From Trichoplax adhaerens (taxonomy: Eukaryota; Animalia; Placozoa), in NCBI RefSeq assembly GCF_000150275.1, contig NW_002060944.1:2332152-2396151 (forward strand): a stretch of 64,000 bases of DNA. Direction: 5' to 3'. The translations under genes and the position numbers were made by a program. This document shows, in pieces, positions 40,861-52,216 of the stretch (the stretch's first letter is position 1; each line of letters begins with the position of its first letter). Below the pieces are notes generated by a model, which worked only from the letters and a program-made list of their open reading frames with translations, was not told where the DNA came from and made no database searches.

Positions 40861-42602
40861 AATAGCTTGTATTTTATATATAGTATAATACAATTTATAG
40901 TGTATAATATAGCCATTTTACTGTCTGTAGAGCGACTGACAAAATTCTACCTGCTTTGTATTTTGATGCGGTACTTTTTGAGGAAAGTGCGGCCTTGGTA
41001 CTTTACTATCTACTGTACTGTGAACTTTATATTGTTCCGGTAGCGTGACATTGTAAGACAGTCACAATGATTTATGATTGTGATTCATGATTCGATATTT
41101 GTGCCTGGAATGGAATTTCATATTATGATTTTTATAGTTATTAAGCATTGCTCTGTGAACTTTTTTTCGTATATAATACGGTAACTGATAGCTATAAGCA
41201 GTACTCCCAACTCACTTTTCATATTTATCACGTAGCTTGTTGTATCCAGTGCTTGACAGTAGTAGGATGAAGCTTTAGAAATTTGTATACCATGTATAAT
41301 TTTTGCAGTAATTTATGTGGTGCAGTACGTAAATGGTACCTGTCTGTTAATAAAGCTCTAAATTTTAGCTAGTAAAGTCTGTTGTGGTGAAATGTCAGAT
41401 TATTTTCTGATTAGTGTGTACTATGTACAAGAGTACAGACGCATTATATTAATACTGTATGTTTTCGGCAAATTTTTTGAAAGAGAATTACTTAATTAAT
41501 TAAATGTGCATCCAGCGCTCTATGCGAGACACTGCAAGTAGTATTGCCAAGGTATCTCATAATAGTAGTACTTTGTGTTCTGCACAGTGCAGTACGTTTT
41601 ATCATATTTTAAACTTAACGGCATTTATATACAGTAAATACATTACTAAGATATGCAGCAGCAATTCCCGGCATGGAATAGAAATACTTGGAAGTCCTAT
41701 TTCTACGAATACTGGCAGCCAACTTACAATGAATAAAAGTGAAGTTGTAGTACCATAGGTGGTTTTTACATATAACTATGTTTCAGTGAAGGTCGACGAA
41801 GACACAGCGACATACAATTTAAAAAAAGTAGATCAGATATAATAATAATGTATACGAGTCGTGTGTAGAGTTTGCCTGAAGTCAATATCATTTTGACGTG
41901 GTATGAGCGTCATAAACGATGAAAAAACGAAATGATCCAATGCATTAAACATGAATCCAAACTTTAGTACGCGTTCGTCTATAGTTACTTATGCTATATT
42001 TACGAGTTAAACTGTCATAGTGCTGCTAGTAAAAGTTCTGGCGACCGAATTCACTGATGATTTGTCAGGGTAGAAGACTGCGAGCGAAGCATAATGCGTT
42101 GTTATTGATTATATAATTATGCATAGTTTTAGTAAAGTAGAAACACAAATTAGTAAGGCATTCAGATAATTGCGCGTACCTGGAGACTTTCAATATTTGC
42201 AAAATCCATTTTATTACAATAATTGGAAAATGATGTAGTTATACTGTATCGAACTTTTGTTAAATAATAACGGCAGAACCACAGTAGTTGTTACATAGAT
42301 TGTATTTACAACGTTTATTTCTCATACATTCATTTGTGTGATGATACATTATTTAAATCAGTCAATATCAACAGATTTTATCAAAAGTTTATTCCTTTGA
42401 GGTGAAATATAATATGCCCATGAACACAATTCCTTATCAAACATCTTTATTCTTCATTTCTTGGATCTTAAAGTAGATAAATTTGATCCAGACAAATCAA
42501 AACTGTGGAACATTATTGATAGCAGCGACCATAACTTCAGCATTCATATAGCAAAATAAAATATTTGACACAGCGTCTTTACCTGGAGGGTACGGCTCCT
42601 GA

Positions 42603-45600
42603 CTAATTTCTGTTAGTTTCATCCACCGTTCCAATCAAGTGATTAATTTTATCAAGTAACATTTGAAATTTATCCAAATATTGTTGAAAATACTGTCTAG
42701 TTATAAAGGTCAAATGTTAATCAACAGAACCTTGCTTACATTGAATTGTGGCAGTTTAGTTGTTTGCATGATTGATACTTACCTGGTCTTGATATCATCA
42801 TATAGGTCAACTATTTCATCTACAGAAATATTGTTAAATTCTTCATTGTAAGCCTAATGTGAGATTTAATTGTTTTTATCATTCAGTATATTTGTTCTTA
42901 TATGTATATCAATAATAAAAAAACTTAATCTAGCATAACTTGCCAATGTTGTATAGGCAAGAAGAGCTTTCTGCAATTCTTTAAAAATTTCCCTTTTGAC
43001 TTCTTTTGTACAACTATCATTTACGTTTCGAACTCTAAGTATAGGAGATAGTATACAAATGGATTAAATAACTCAATGGGCAGCATATCCGCAAGTGTTA
43101 TGTCATTGCATCAGACATACTGTATACCTGATAAGTGCCCTAATAAGCGAATGAAGACGATCAATTATCTGCCTTGTGTAAAGCGTTGCTCCCAAAGAAG
43201 TACCATTAAAAGGAGTTTCAGAAATTTCTCTATTCACATCGATAACTTTCAGTTGCGATGAAAGAAGATTACTATCAATAATTAAATAACTGGTCAACAC
43301 ACATCGCTATTGAATAAAAATAGCTTGAGGAAACACTACGGAAACGTTAAAATAAATACATAGCATCTCTAATCAATTTAAGGAAAGATTACCATAAGTT
43401 ATTAGCACTATCCCAAATCTGGTAAAATATAATCCTAGTTTTACTAGTTTCATGATTAAAGCCGGGAAATCCTGTAGTTTGGGCATCCGGAATTAAGAAA
43501 TCATTGCAACTTTGTGCGAGTAACGACGAGTTGTAATCATCAGTATATTGATTACTATTCTCTACAACCATCTTTTCTTGTAAGAGTTTTATAACTTTTA
43601 TGCCTTTTTGCGATATAGTCATATACTCCGGTCGGCAGTTAATATACTTCATTAGTTCCATACATGATACTAATATATCTTTGGTATCGGAACTACCTAT
43701 ATCTAGTCCTAAAGTGGATATTGTTAACCAATGATGAAAAATTATAATAATTAAAAGCATGTAAAAATACAGATTAATAGTAATTAATGTATTACAACAA
43801 TTATATGCTCATTGCTTCAACCGTAGCAAAGTTGAAAGCGAGAAATAGAAAGGAAATTTTTACTATAAAATATTCTTCTGACGTATAGGTGATACAACTA
43901 GCAACGGCAATAATTATAGATTAACTTCAGCTGCTTGGCTACAGACAAAGATGCTCGTACTACACTGTATACAACTAGAGAATGTAACAAAGGAAGTCGT
44001 CTGTATGATGAATGTGATAATAACCTAGGGTTACTGATGTAAGAGATACTTACCGTTATTCCTAAATTTCTGTTGCAATAAATCAATGAATTGCTTGGAA
44101 TCTCTTGAAAGAACATTTCCAAAAACAGCTATCCAGTGCTTTTGTAATAAATATAGCAACTCATAACAATTCCATGGCGGTTTAACAGCGACAATATCCA
44201 TCCATGTATCATCGAATACTCTTCTAAATTCACTGGTTACAAATTCTGGTACTACTTCCTCAATTACGCTACGGACGTTATCAACAACTGCATGCCAACT
44301 GATTGTATGGTCTTCAGTTTGACACTACAATAAAATTAATCAAGCACAGTAATATATGAGTTAAACTATTTATGCATTTTCATTTATAAACTTTAATATA
44401 TTGTTATCATAGTTCTAGGTGATATACGAGTATAACCATGGCCAGCGTACACTAGAAGTCCTCATACACGTATTAGCATCGTTAGGAAATTCGCCAACTT
44501 CCAACATTTCGATACTGTGTACATCTTGCATGGTAAGGGTATCAATTTCTTCAATCTGAAACACATTAATTCCAAGATATACCAGCTCCAATATTGTCTT
44601 GCTATTAAATGTTTTTATCCCATTGATTAAGGCTTTAGTACAAAGATTTTTATCATTTGAAAATAAAACGACCGTGTTCTTTTTAGAAGAAGCTTCCATA
44701 GGATTATTAACTAAAGAAAGTCGTAAGACGTTAGTGATGAATTAAATTAGCTTTATAATATACAGTAATCAGAATCCCTCACTTTTTCCACGATAGAACA
44801 AACAACATTGCAGGATGTAATCGTCATTGGTGGACGCAGCAAATAGTGTCTTCTGTTCTTGAATCTGCGTTGGAAAGCGTAAAATGTAGCAAAAATTAGG
44901 TATTTGTCGATAAAGTATCTCAAAATAATACAACAAGAACTTCAATCCCCTGTAAAACTGCACATTATTACATAAGTTGGCTCATCTTCTAAATTACCGA
45001 AGACTGTCTGTCTTCATTCCACATCCTACAACCGTCTAACTTCTTACATAGTAAACGACTATTTACGAGATTTACAGTACAATTTGTATAGGAAGCATAC
45101 ACACTTATAGCAAACAGAAGCTTAATTTGATCAAATATAAATCCAGTGATAACTGAATTAAATTTTAATTATTGCACGAGTATTATTTTACGTCTATGCA
45201 CTACAGCATGCATACCTCATCTAGAGTTTGACCATGAATTCTGGGATGGTTTAAGGCGAAAGATTTGTAGAGAAAGTTTATAGCGGTCCTCGCATGTGTC
45301 TCTAGACTTAATTCGCAGCTCTTGTCCTTTCCTTTCGAAAATTTTTGGGTCGTATTTCTTCGTAAAGTTTTCAACGCGTCTAATTCTTCCACAACAATCC
45401 AAGGAATGACTAACACTGGGTATCCATAACCTAGATAATGGATCAAATCAATTTAAAATACGTTACTAACGTAGTGCTGTACATGCACTGCCAGCGCCTG
45501 CACCTACGCATATCTTGCTATACGCGTACGGCGTTCATGTATGGCGAATTAATTAATTCAGAATTACTGTAAATGTCATTCCGAACTACGAAAGAAGTTT

Positions 45601-45901
45601 CTAAGCTTAACCTAAAGCATAGTACTGTATCATGCCTTGTGGTCCGTGAATGTATGATGTACCGTATACCGTCAGTGTTACCTTTGATTTGTTTGTCTTT
45701 TAACAAGGTTACCATTTCTAAATGAGATAACAAAATATTCGTATCCACTATGATGAATAATTTGTAATTTTTGTCTCCTTCCGTAGCAGATAAGGTATCA
45801 TTTAAAATTTCTTCACGCTGTCCACTAGCCATTTTTGATTCACTATCAGCATCTGCATCGATTTCCATGTCTACCCCGAGCTCATCATCTTGTTCGTCCA
45901 T
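42603..45901 (-). CDS. SWT1: SWT1 PIN-domain RNA endoribonuclease (multi-exon; 3' end and possible upstream exons approximate)
   Basis: PIN motifs IIVDTNILL, VIPWIVVEELDALK, NDDYILQCC, LFSNDKNLCTKALINGI, followed by a helical region with KPPWNCYE. Confidence 0.85.
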
Positions 45902-47644
45902 TTTGATTTACTGTTAATGGTGCTGTGGATTACCGCGAAATGCGGAGTACTTGAAGATTTGTCTACTGCGATGTATTGTGTACTTCTATGCATTTACGAG
46001 CATTCAATTGCCACCTAGAAGAATTCAAGCGATGGCTGAATGCACACTGTCACTACCAATACCCTCGGAATGCACTACTACCAAATGCATCAGCACTACA
46101 GTACAGTATAAAATAAATAAATAAATTAAATTTTGATTTGTTACAGTTATCAGGGTTCAAAAATATAGTACTGCATCTGCGCATCAGTAAAGACGGCAAT
46201 GTCGAATACTTTACACACTTTTTCTTGGTCATTGTAAATACAGTAAATAAAACAGTACTGTACGGCACTTTCATTATTACTGTCCAATAGTGTCCATACT
46301 GTACTCCATAGTGTTTGACGAAGCTTGGAAATAGTACATACAGTACAGCGGCCATCACAATATTAGTAGTAGTAAAAAAGACCCATTTGCATGATGGACT
46401 ACAGTAATATACTAACTGTAACTTAATAGATCTATGCTACAGGTCTACAGCATCACAGATCTATCGATATCAGTATCGTATCTCTATGATCTACTGACAG
46501 TATTCATTTTTTTCTTTTTATACTCGTATAATCCAGTCAAGTAGTCAACTTTACCTTCATATTAAAGTAAGATAAATGACTCAAACAATTCACTACGTTA
46601 CCAAACTTATAGTAACATCTGCCACAAGGAGTTCTTACGTACTTACAGTACTGTAGTTTAGTGTCTGTGATTTACTGTTAAAGTAGAAGTCACTTGTACA
46701 GTACATATCTACACTCTACATGTGCCACTATTGGATTCTACGCTATATCGATTTATAAATAATGCAGGAATCATGGGTAACGCAACAGAGTCCAATACGA
46801 AGGTACGAAGATTTTGCATGGCGTTAGACTTAGGGCTATTTCCTAAATTGATGAAGTACAAGTACCGTATAAAACCAGTCATCAACGTAGCTGGTATTTT
46901 GACTAGTTATTGCACCTACTTTAAGAATAATTTAATCAATGTAAATTCATTCATTTATATGGGCGTGCGACTGAAAGTTACTGTACCGTATAATTTACTT
47001 TACAAGATCACAAACCAATTAGTTTACATAAATGTAGAATGGCTAGAACATGTGTAAAAAAGAGAAGGCTCCAGGTACACTGCGCTTAGCACATTGTCAG
47101 TTATTATGGTATAGGCCACACAATTTATGAATCGTATGATATGAATTTTTTTAAATTTGTATTTAACATTTCAATTATTGATGTACTTTAAGAGATAACC
47201 AAGATATTATCAAATCTTTATGAAAATTATAAACATCATGCAGATCAAAAATTATGAGAATATTTAAATACAATAATAATCTAACAATGGAAGCAAGACC
47301 AATGTTACTATATGGATATGTTTAAAGCCAAGCCGCTTAGTAGATAGCTGAATTATTTCTTGTTACTACGAGTTTATATAACCGAAGCTGAATAGACAGC
47401 CACACTACAAGCTAGTCTCGTAACACAAAGGATGTCTTAATACTTATTTCAATCCAGAGAGCTGCACGTTTTGAGCTCTCGGTTTAGATAATAGTAAAAC
47501 GATTTAGTGTTCATCTACCTTATGTTAGTACATTGTTAGTCAAATAGAAGAGTCTTGCATAAGCAATAATGCACTTATACGAATTGTAAATATCTAATAT
47601 TTTTATCTAGTGAACCTTGGTGCTTATTGAACACGCGAAGTGTT

Positions 47645-49061
47645 TTAATTTATGCGATAATTTTCATGTAATTCTGGTTTGATATCGTAGAGCAAGGATA
47701 GGACGCGATCTATTACTTTATTTTTATTTGCAGCAGCGAGACGATTTTGATCATTGATTTTTTGATGGGTCTGATCTTTAATTTTGATGGCAAAATCATC
47801 CTTTGATCCGGAACTCTGGAATGCAAATAATATAATTATAATGACAATGTAACTCCTCAATACTCATCTTTATCTTCATGTCTCAACTGTGTAAATGGCA
47901 ATATATATTCTAATAACGATATAACCATCAACGAGAACTAGCGTGTAACTTTAAATAGGAAAACATGACAGAGTTGAACATAAAAATATCTATTCTAAAT
48001 TGGACTGAGCGCTATGCAAGAGAAATGCATGAAACTGCAAAGCAGTTAATTTATGATTTTAATATTTGCAACGAAAGCGTAAATCGTAAATGTTAGAGTT
48101 TGCGAATTTTATCTCTATATTTGCCATTTTCTAATGTGACACTAGTAACTTAGTTAATAATTATAAGCAGACAATATTGCGATAAACACCCGTTTAAAAT
48201 ATTATATTTAAAATATGTTAATGCTAATAATTCTTATTACTAACAGCCTAAAGGTGAGTTATACTTTATTTGTTAAACAATCATTACTTTCAAATACATG
48301 AAACTGGATGATGCATTTATTATTCAACCCGCAGTAAAGTATTCATAAGTTATTCTCATCAGTGAAGTTGTTAGAGTGAGTAATCTTGGGCTTCAATTAT
48401 ACTGCAGGAGCTAGAGAGATGTGATGCACTAAGCGTAACAAATGTTTCTATAGCATTATCAAAATCCGATATTATCAGGAAATAGAACCAAAGTTTGATA
48501 ATGCTGGTGGCCTATTTAAATATTAGGCTTAATTCACGCTTAAAACAGCGGAATACTTGGTTTTCTGATGTTATAGTGCTCAAGAACTCACCTCTTTCAC
48601 TTTAGCTTGAAATTCTTGCTCACGTTGAACTTTAAATTTTTCTATTTCAGATTGTGCTTCCTCTTTCGCCTGCTTTAATCTTCTCGTCTTTCCTAAAGGT
48701 TGACATCAACAAAGAAAGCACTACCATTATTTAAAATAAATTGCCACACTATCGATTTCATAAGCTTAATAATAAATTTACGATTTAATAGATATCTAGC
48801 CTAGTAATTTGGTAACACGAGTTCTACAAACGACATAATATATACGCGTATAAAGTATATCGAAGTCCATGATTTGACATATGCCTTATTTTGCCTCGAA
48901 AATTTTAAACTTAACCATTCCAGCATTTTAGTACTTGGGCATAATAAAACCTTAAAGGTGTACCTGTTTAGTTACTTACGTTTCTTTGCGTCATTTACAA
49001 GTTCACTAGCCTTTTTTTCAGCTTGTAAAAGTTGCTGAATCCCTTCACTTTTAGACGCCAT
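47645..49061 (-). CDS. ATP6V1G: V-type ATPase subunit G, 117 aa; exons 49061-48980, 48692-48592, 47815-47645
   Basis: MASKSEGIQQLLQAEKKASELVNDAKKR|KTRRLKQAKEEAQSEIEKFKVQREQEF...|SSGS...YDIKPELHENYRIN. Confidence 0.96.
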
Positions 49062-49129
49062 ATTGCCAGTAATGCAATAATTACGAATGTGACTTCGAAA
49101 GGGATTCGACTGCCTTTTGCGATGGATTT

Positions 49130-49725
49130 ATACGGTACTGTACCGTACCGAACAGTTATTGCATTGGTTATTACATTTTTCTCGACATCTGTTATAGTTT
49201 ACAAATTCATACTACCGTACTAGACTGTATTACTGTATTACTGTATCGACGCAACAGATAGATATACCGCAAGACTAATCGATTATACAGTACTAGTAAA
49301 CGTCCTGTGACTTAGTGTGTAAAGGCACGTGACAATCGATGTCATAACATATTTCATACTGTACTGTACAGTACAGTACATTGTACACAGATACTGTACA
49401 CTGTAGTGCTGTACTGTACTGTACAGTACACTTCGCCGTCTGAGTCTTCTGTACTACTGTACTGTACAGTACAGGGTACATTGTACAGTACAGTACAGTA
49501 CTAAGAGAAAACCTCGTGAGTGAGCTGCATACAGTACTGTACAGTACAGTACAGTATTGTACACTGTACAGTACTAAGAGAAAACCTTGTGAGTGAGCTG
49601 CATATCAGTACAGTACAGTACAGTACTGTACAGTACACACTGTACGGTAAAATTAGTTGTACTGTACAGTACAGTGTACAGTACAGTACTGTTATTGATA
49701 CTGTACAGTTATGCTCAGTACAGCA
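49130..49725. promoter_or_regulatory. ACAGT pentamer array; probable bidirectional promoter for ATP6V1G and the snoRNA host gene
   Basis: One of the densest pentamer blocks in the window; contains a duplicated ~40 bp unit (gtactaagagaaaaccTYgtgagtgagctgcata) near 49498 and 49571. Promoter role inferred from position. Confidence 0.65.
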
Positions 49726-50150
49726 ATGACATCTGCGATCATATGACCTCTTGACAGAGCATGGTCAAAGCTTGGTCACTAATTTTAAAAGTACGCGTGC
49801 TTCCAAACTAAACTGTCATTCAGCGTCTTCAAAATTAATCGAAATTGCGAGAATTCTCTCCGGCAATGCATCGTGCGATATCGGTCGTTATAAATCCTCA
49901 TCAAATCTATACGATGCTAATGCATTATACGTAAAAAGGTAATCTGTCAGTATTATACAATTTTTATTAAGTATGCAAACTTTTACGTAACTATTTTAGC
50001 TGCTTCCTGGAGTAGGGTATCCGTTCAATTTGAACGAGGTCCTTCTTTGGTTTACCACTTTAGATAAATTCTTGTAAATTCTTTAATTTTTTTGTTTTTC
50101 ATTTATCATGATTAGTCGTATTTGCAGTATACAGTATTATACTGATGTAG

Positions 50151-50278
50151 AGCGTAAATGATGATGGAAATGTTACAACTGAATATCAGTACGTGCTTGT
50201 AACTTGTACAATGTACACTGTAATGTCTTGATGATAGTTGTGTACAATGTCAATCTTTCGCTCCTATCTGAAAACGTT
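50151..50278 (+). ncRNA. SNORD80: Box C/D snoRNA, U80/snR60-like (28S G in the AUAGGGGCGAAAGA helix)
   Basis: C box ATGATGA 50158, D' CTGA 50179, C' TGATGA 50229, D CTGA 50268. Guide TCTTTCGCTCCTAT-CTGA is the same as the recalled human U80 3' guide. Confidence 0.85.
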
Positions 50279-50519
50279 TATCTTTAGCTCATCAGTTTCT
50301 TGTTAATCATGTAATAATGAGAATAGCCGTATTTAAAAACGGATTATTTTGGTATTCTAATTTGAAAATATTTCTTGCTAGCCTAAGCAGAATGAGCTGG
50401 CGTGATCTTTGGTCTTTGCACTTTTAATTTGGTAGACGTGATGGGACCGTGCCGGTAATAAACTTTCTGAAATCTCTTAATTTGATTGAATCGATTGAAA
50501 ATAGTAAGATAGTTATGGA

Positions 50520-50596
50520 AAAGAATGATGACAGCATATTTGCTACTCATGATGGCTCAGATGACGAAATCATTAGCCACCAAGATCTCTGAACCT
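50520..50596 (+). ncRNA. SNORD76: Box C/D snoRNA, U76/U24-like double guide (28S AGAUCUUGGUGGUAGUAGCAAAUAU)
   Basis: C box ATGATGA 50525; guide ATATTTGCTACT before D' ATGA 50549; C' ATGACGA 50561; guide GCCACCAAGATCT before D CTGA 50589. Confidence 0.9.
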
Positions 50597-51122
50597 AAAA
50601 TGAAAATCTTCGAAATTTTCTTTGCAACCGCATGCGCCTTTTTCACTATTCTTGAGTGTAGCAAGAATTGTTAAGGCTAATTACAGTATCGCAATGCAAA
50701 TTACCATAAAATTCAATTTTTGGGGAAGGACTGCTTTATGATTGCAAATCTCTAGATATGCTTCGTACAAGTTTATTATGCATACTGTATTGCATGATTA
50801 AGCCTGATAAATTTTTTTTTTCAGTTAATAATGTTGCCGAGTTAATACAACCAGTTGCATTGACGTTACTACTGCATCGTGTAATTAAACGTCCATTATA
50901 ATATTTTTATTTTGGGTTATACTGACTCATGATTATTATACGTGTAACATTTATTTATCTAGTGAGCCATTTATGAATCCACCTCTAGCTGGTCACATTT
51001 GAAATTCTCGAAACATCAAGAGAAAGCGCTAAAAATGAAGACCTATAAATCATGATGAGAATTATGAACAGGTAACTTACTCACGCGTCTAGTCAGTACT
51101 TAGATACGAAATTTTATAGAGG

Positions 51123-51215
51123 TAGAAAAGTCAAAATGATGATAATTTTGAAGGCATAGTTCAATCTGAGTTTTATAGTGACAGAGAATTTCACTCCACT
51201 CTGACTTCTTTTCTA
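51123..51215 (+). ncRNA. SNORD77: Box C/D snoRNA, U77/snR60-like (28S UGAACUAUGCC)
   Basis: C box ATGATGA 51136; guide GGCATAGTTCA before D' CTGA 51166; D CTGA 51201; terminal stem tagaaaag/cttttcta. Confidence 0.85.
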
Positions 51216-51407
51216 TATTAAATTAAGTTTACTAGTTAGGCAGTTGATGTATTGGAGTTAATTTGAAAATATTGATCTAGCACATTATATATTGATACTC
51301 CTGCTACCATGGAACTGGACCTATTCAAGCATGGTCAATTCCCAGCAAAACAGGTATCACTGCTTATAGTTACTTTTTGAATACGGTACAGCAAGAATCT
51401 GATCTAT

Positions 51408-51498
51408 ACAATCACAGGATGATAATATCATGATGGGAATCTCTCAGAATTATTTAACGTGAAGATAATTATTTTCTTCGAAACTGAATTGTGATTGT
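51408..51498 (+). ncRNA. SNORD79: Box C/D snoRNA, U79-like (28S GAGAUUCCCA)
   Basis: Variant C box AGGATGA 51416; guide GATGGGAATCTCT (as in recalled human U79) before D' CAGA 51445; C' GTGAAGA 51459; D CTGA 51484; perfect 9 bp terminal stem acaatcaca/tgtgattgt. Confidence 0.85.
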
Positions 51499-51736
51499 CA
51501 TTTTAGCTTCTAGTCTTTATTTATGTCTAGATTCGCTAACTTCTAAACATAAGTGAAGTAAATTTTACGCTTTACGTGAGCTATGATCTTTTATCTCCAT
51601 TATTATATGCACTTAGGTCTATCAACAATTGGAAGGAGAACTTAATTGTACGGTACCTACTGCGGCAAAGCCAATTTAGACAAGCAAGGTATTAATGCAA
51701 TCGATGAATAAGACTAGCTTGTTACAATTATTTAGA

Positions 51737-51827
51737 TGCACAAGATGAAAAAGATTAGGGACATCTGAATATGTATAAATATTATACATAAATCATGAAT
51801 GTTTTGGAAATCGATAGGCCTGACGCA
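51737..51827 (+). ncRNA. SNORD74: Box C/D snoRNA, U74/snR64-like (28S UGUCCCUA)
   Basis: Variant C box AAGATGA 51742; TAGGGACAT-CTGA (D' 51765) as in recalled human U74; internal hairpin tatgtata/tatacata; D CTGA 51820. Confidence 0.72.
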
Positions 51828-52132
51828 CTAATTATATAATTATTTTCTGACTGCTACGGTTAGAATATAAAATAATTTAATGCAAATTCTGTAACTATTT
51901 TATTTTGGTCAAGAATTTCATTAGAGCAAGAGACTGCTTTTAATGCAGTCAGATATGGTCTCCCTTTTTGTCTTCGCTGTCAAGATTGATTATTTTTGAA
52001 CTGTTAAGTTGGACTCCTCGATTTTCCTAATTAGATGTAATAAGGTAATTTCGTTACGAGTAACTCTCGTGACTCCTGTTGTGCTAAGTGTGTACGATGA
52101 AACTCCCGCTTAGTTATTCTATATGTAATCGC

Positions 52133-52216
52133 TATTATCAATGATGACGAAGATTGCTATAGTTATCCCTGTCAGAATATGACTAAATGTTGATATCACG
52201 TCAGTCTGAGACAATA
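52133..52216 (+). ncRNA. SNORD1: Box C/D snoRNA, snR38/SNORD1-like (28S ACAGGGAUAACU)
   Basis: C box ATGATGA 52141; guide TAGTTATCCCTGT before D' CAGA 52173; D CTGA 52206; terminal stem tattatc/gacaata. Confidence 0.87.

Noticed and set aside
47645-47860. 71 aa ORF with an apparent signal peptide (secreted peptide candidate)
   Set aside because: It starts at TTG within an intron; 47815-47645 is exon 3 of V-ATPase subunit G and the hydrophobic leader is intronic.
49498-49612. Repeat-spacer-repeat pattern resembling a CRISPR array
   Set aside because: Only two copies, the spacer is pentamer repeat, the context is eukaryotic and there are no cas genes.
7984-49729. Many short ORFs rich in QYSTV / YCTVL (e.g. 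7984-8262, 27079-27515, 49293-49729)
   Set aside because: They are translations of the stop-free ACAGT pentamer repeat in various frames, not a protein family.
50675-50960. Seventh snoRNA in the host (CTGA at 50922)
   Set aside because: No convincing C box, terminal stem or recognisable rRNA complementarity; unresolved without a covariance-model search.
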